Source: Patescibacteria group bacterium
Lineage (GTDB): Bacteria > Patescibacteriota > Patescibacteriia > Patescibacteriales > UBA12465
Direction of reading: 5' to 3'
Length of the DNA: 64,000 bases
Assembly: GCA_050943055.1 (NCBI GenBank)
Contig: JBMNOL010000003.1
Span: 3,982-67,981, forward strand
Below are positions 62,978 through 64,000 of the stretch, piece after piece. The translations under genes and the position numbers were made by a program. Positions within the stretch are counted from its first letter, which is position 1. Each line of letters opens with the position of its first letter. The notes below the pieces were generated by a model that was not told the DNA's origin, searched no databases, and saw only the letters and a list, made by a program, of their open reading frames with translations.

Positions 62978-64000
62978 AATTAGTTGGTAAAACAAGTGGC
63001 CTCACCTTTGCGCTTTTAGCGGTCTTAAGCGGCCTGTCAATTTTAAATTATTTTTTCCCCGGTTACAGTTGGTTAATGTTAACGGTGATTGCTCTCGTTG
63101 TTTTTGGCTTGTCTCTTTATCGTCTAGAGTATGGCGTTCTGACACTGGTAGCGGAACTAGTGATTGGCTCTAAAGGACGTTTGTTAGAAGAGGGGGCAGT
63201 CTCCTTGCGGATGGTTATTTTTGTTGCGGTTTTGGCGGCTTATTTAATAAAAATTATTAAAGAGCGATCACTGGGAAACTTGCCCGCTTTTATTAAGAAC
63301 AATAAAACGGTCCTTTTCTTTGTGGCGTTGCTCTTTTTTTTAGCGCTCGGACTGGTAAGCGGTCTTTTTCATTCTTATCCGCGCGCTACTATTTTTGCCG
63401 ATGTTAATAGTTGGTTCTTTTTAGCCCTGATTTTTCCGATTATTGCCGTCTACTATCAGGCCCCGGCTCCGATCTATCAACGTTTGGTTCAGGTTTTTAG
63501 TGGTGCGCTCTTATGGTTAATTGGGGAAACTTTTTTTATTCTTTTTGCTTTTACTCATAGCCTGTCTTTTATCTCCGACCTTTATTGGTGGCTCCGAAAA
63601 ACTGGTTTAGCGGAAGTGACGGCGGCGGCCGGTTCTTGGTCGCGGATCTTTTTTCAGTCACATCTTTATCCCGCTTTGGCGGTGGTTATTTTGCCTTTTA
63701 TCAAAACAAAACAACGTGGTGTCGCTCTTACTTTAAGTGCTTTATCTTGGTCGGCTCTAATTCTTTCGATGTCGCGTAGTTTTTGGTTAGCGGTAATTTG
63801 TGCGTCCGCAGTCGGTATTTTTATACTTTTACTCGGTAAAAAATGGAAACTAGCCAGGCAAACTCTTCTCAAAATTATCGGGCCAGCCATTTTGGGCGTT
63901 GTACTAATTTTTGGTACAGCTGCTTTTCCGTTTCCTAAGCCGGGCGTAATTTCAGTTGAAGCTTTATCGAATCGTTTAGAGGTTGACAGTTCGGAACCGG
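62974..64000 (+). CDS. O-antigen ligase/polymerase-like polytopic membrane protein (5' part; runs off the window)
   Basis: Not in the ORF track because no stop occurs before 64000. ATG at 62974 forms an ATGA overlap with the GT2 stop. The translation MKLVGKTSGLTFALLAVLSG... is multi-TM with a SMSRSFWLAV segment like Wzy_C/O-antigen ligase proteins. Confidence 0.5.
   Translation, partial: MKLVGKTSGLTFALLAVLSGLSILNYFFPGYSWLMLTVIALVVFGLSLYRLEYGVLTLVAELVIGSKGRLLEEGAVSLRMVIFVAVLAAYLIKIIKERSLGNLPAFIKNNKTVLFFVALLFFLALGLVSGLFHSYPRATIFADVNSWFFLALIFPIIAVYYQAPAPIYQRLVQVFSGALLWLIGETFFILFAFTHSLSFISDLYWWLRKTGLAEVTAAAGSWSRIFFQSHLYPALAVVILPFIKTKQRGVALTLSALSWSALILSMSRSFWLAVICASAVGIFILLLGKKWKLARQTLLKIIGPAILGVVLIFGTAAFPFPKPGVISVEALSNRLEVDSSEP

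Noticed and set aside
1-64000. Alternative genetic code (UGA recoding, as in some CPR lineages)
   Set aside because: TGA terminates several well-defined genes at ATGA junctions (11462-11464, 42554-42556, 62277-62279, 62975-62977). All conserved genes are intact under the standard code.
1-64000. CRISPR arrays, transposases, integrases, prophage genes, toxin-antitoxin pairs and known defence systems
   Set aside because: None was recognised in any frame. There are no repeat-spacer arrays, and no nuclease/helicase/ATPase clusters beyond housekeeping enzymes. This is a by-eye assessment, so small or highly divergent elements cannot be excluded.

Overview
The window reads as one contiguous, gene-dense chromosomal segment. 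All analysis was done by eye; no searches or computations were run. I call 55 protein-coding genes (2 truncated by the window edges, 51 on the + strand). I also call one bacterial type-A RNase P RNA (39620-39972, +) and one tRNA-Leu(CAA) (45231-45314, -). About a dozen clear Rho-independent terminators and several near-consensus sigma-70 promoters (TTGnnn-N17-TATAAT) are visible.

Most content is housekeeping:
- Start of a dcw cluster: mraZ-rsmH-ftsL-ftsI-murF.
- Translation and tRNA modification: cysS, dus, tsaB-like, tgt, rlmN, mnmA, dtd, rpsB-tsf, rplY, rpmE, prfA-prmC.
- Lower glycolysis: pyk, eno, gap, class I aldolase.
- Other: Fe/Mn SOD, parA-parB-dnaE, a SEDS protein.

Two envelope-glycan loci (39997-43709 and 59799-64000) and a partial rhamnose block (10607-13160) are present.

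Gene content and protein architectures suggest a reduced-genome Patescibacteria (CPR)-type bacterium. This is inference only. The standard code is used, with TGA as a stop.

I see no CRISPR array, transposase, integrase, prophage or recognisable defence system. The best candidates for undescribed biology are:
1. A tightly packed block at 13314-21679: a sigma-region-4/HARE-HTH protein, an orphan WHFP membrane module, GT4, DUF4012 and an Ig-repeat ectodomain protein.
2. A 1128-aa secreted protein combining a permuted-papain domain, a lamin-tail domain and two LamG domains (36079-39465).
3. Two perfect DnaA boxes immediately upstream of the mraZ promoter (5065-5110).
4. A TGT homolog lacking all four zinc ligands (21691-22842).
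5. A membrane protein with a histone-H1-like tail downstream of dnaE (50938-52509).

Start codons in this window almost never have a Shine-Dalgarno sequence. Several ORF-track starts are TTG/GTG extensions that I trimmed to downstream ATGs.
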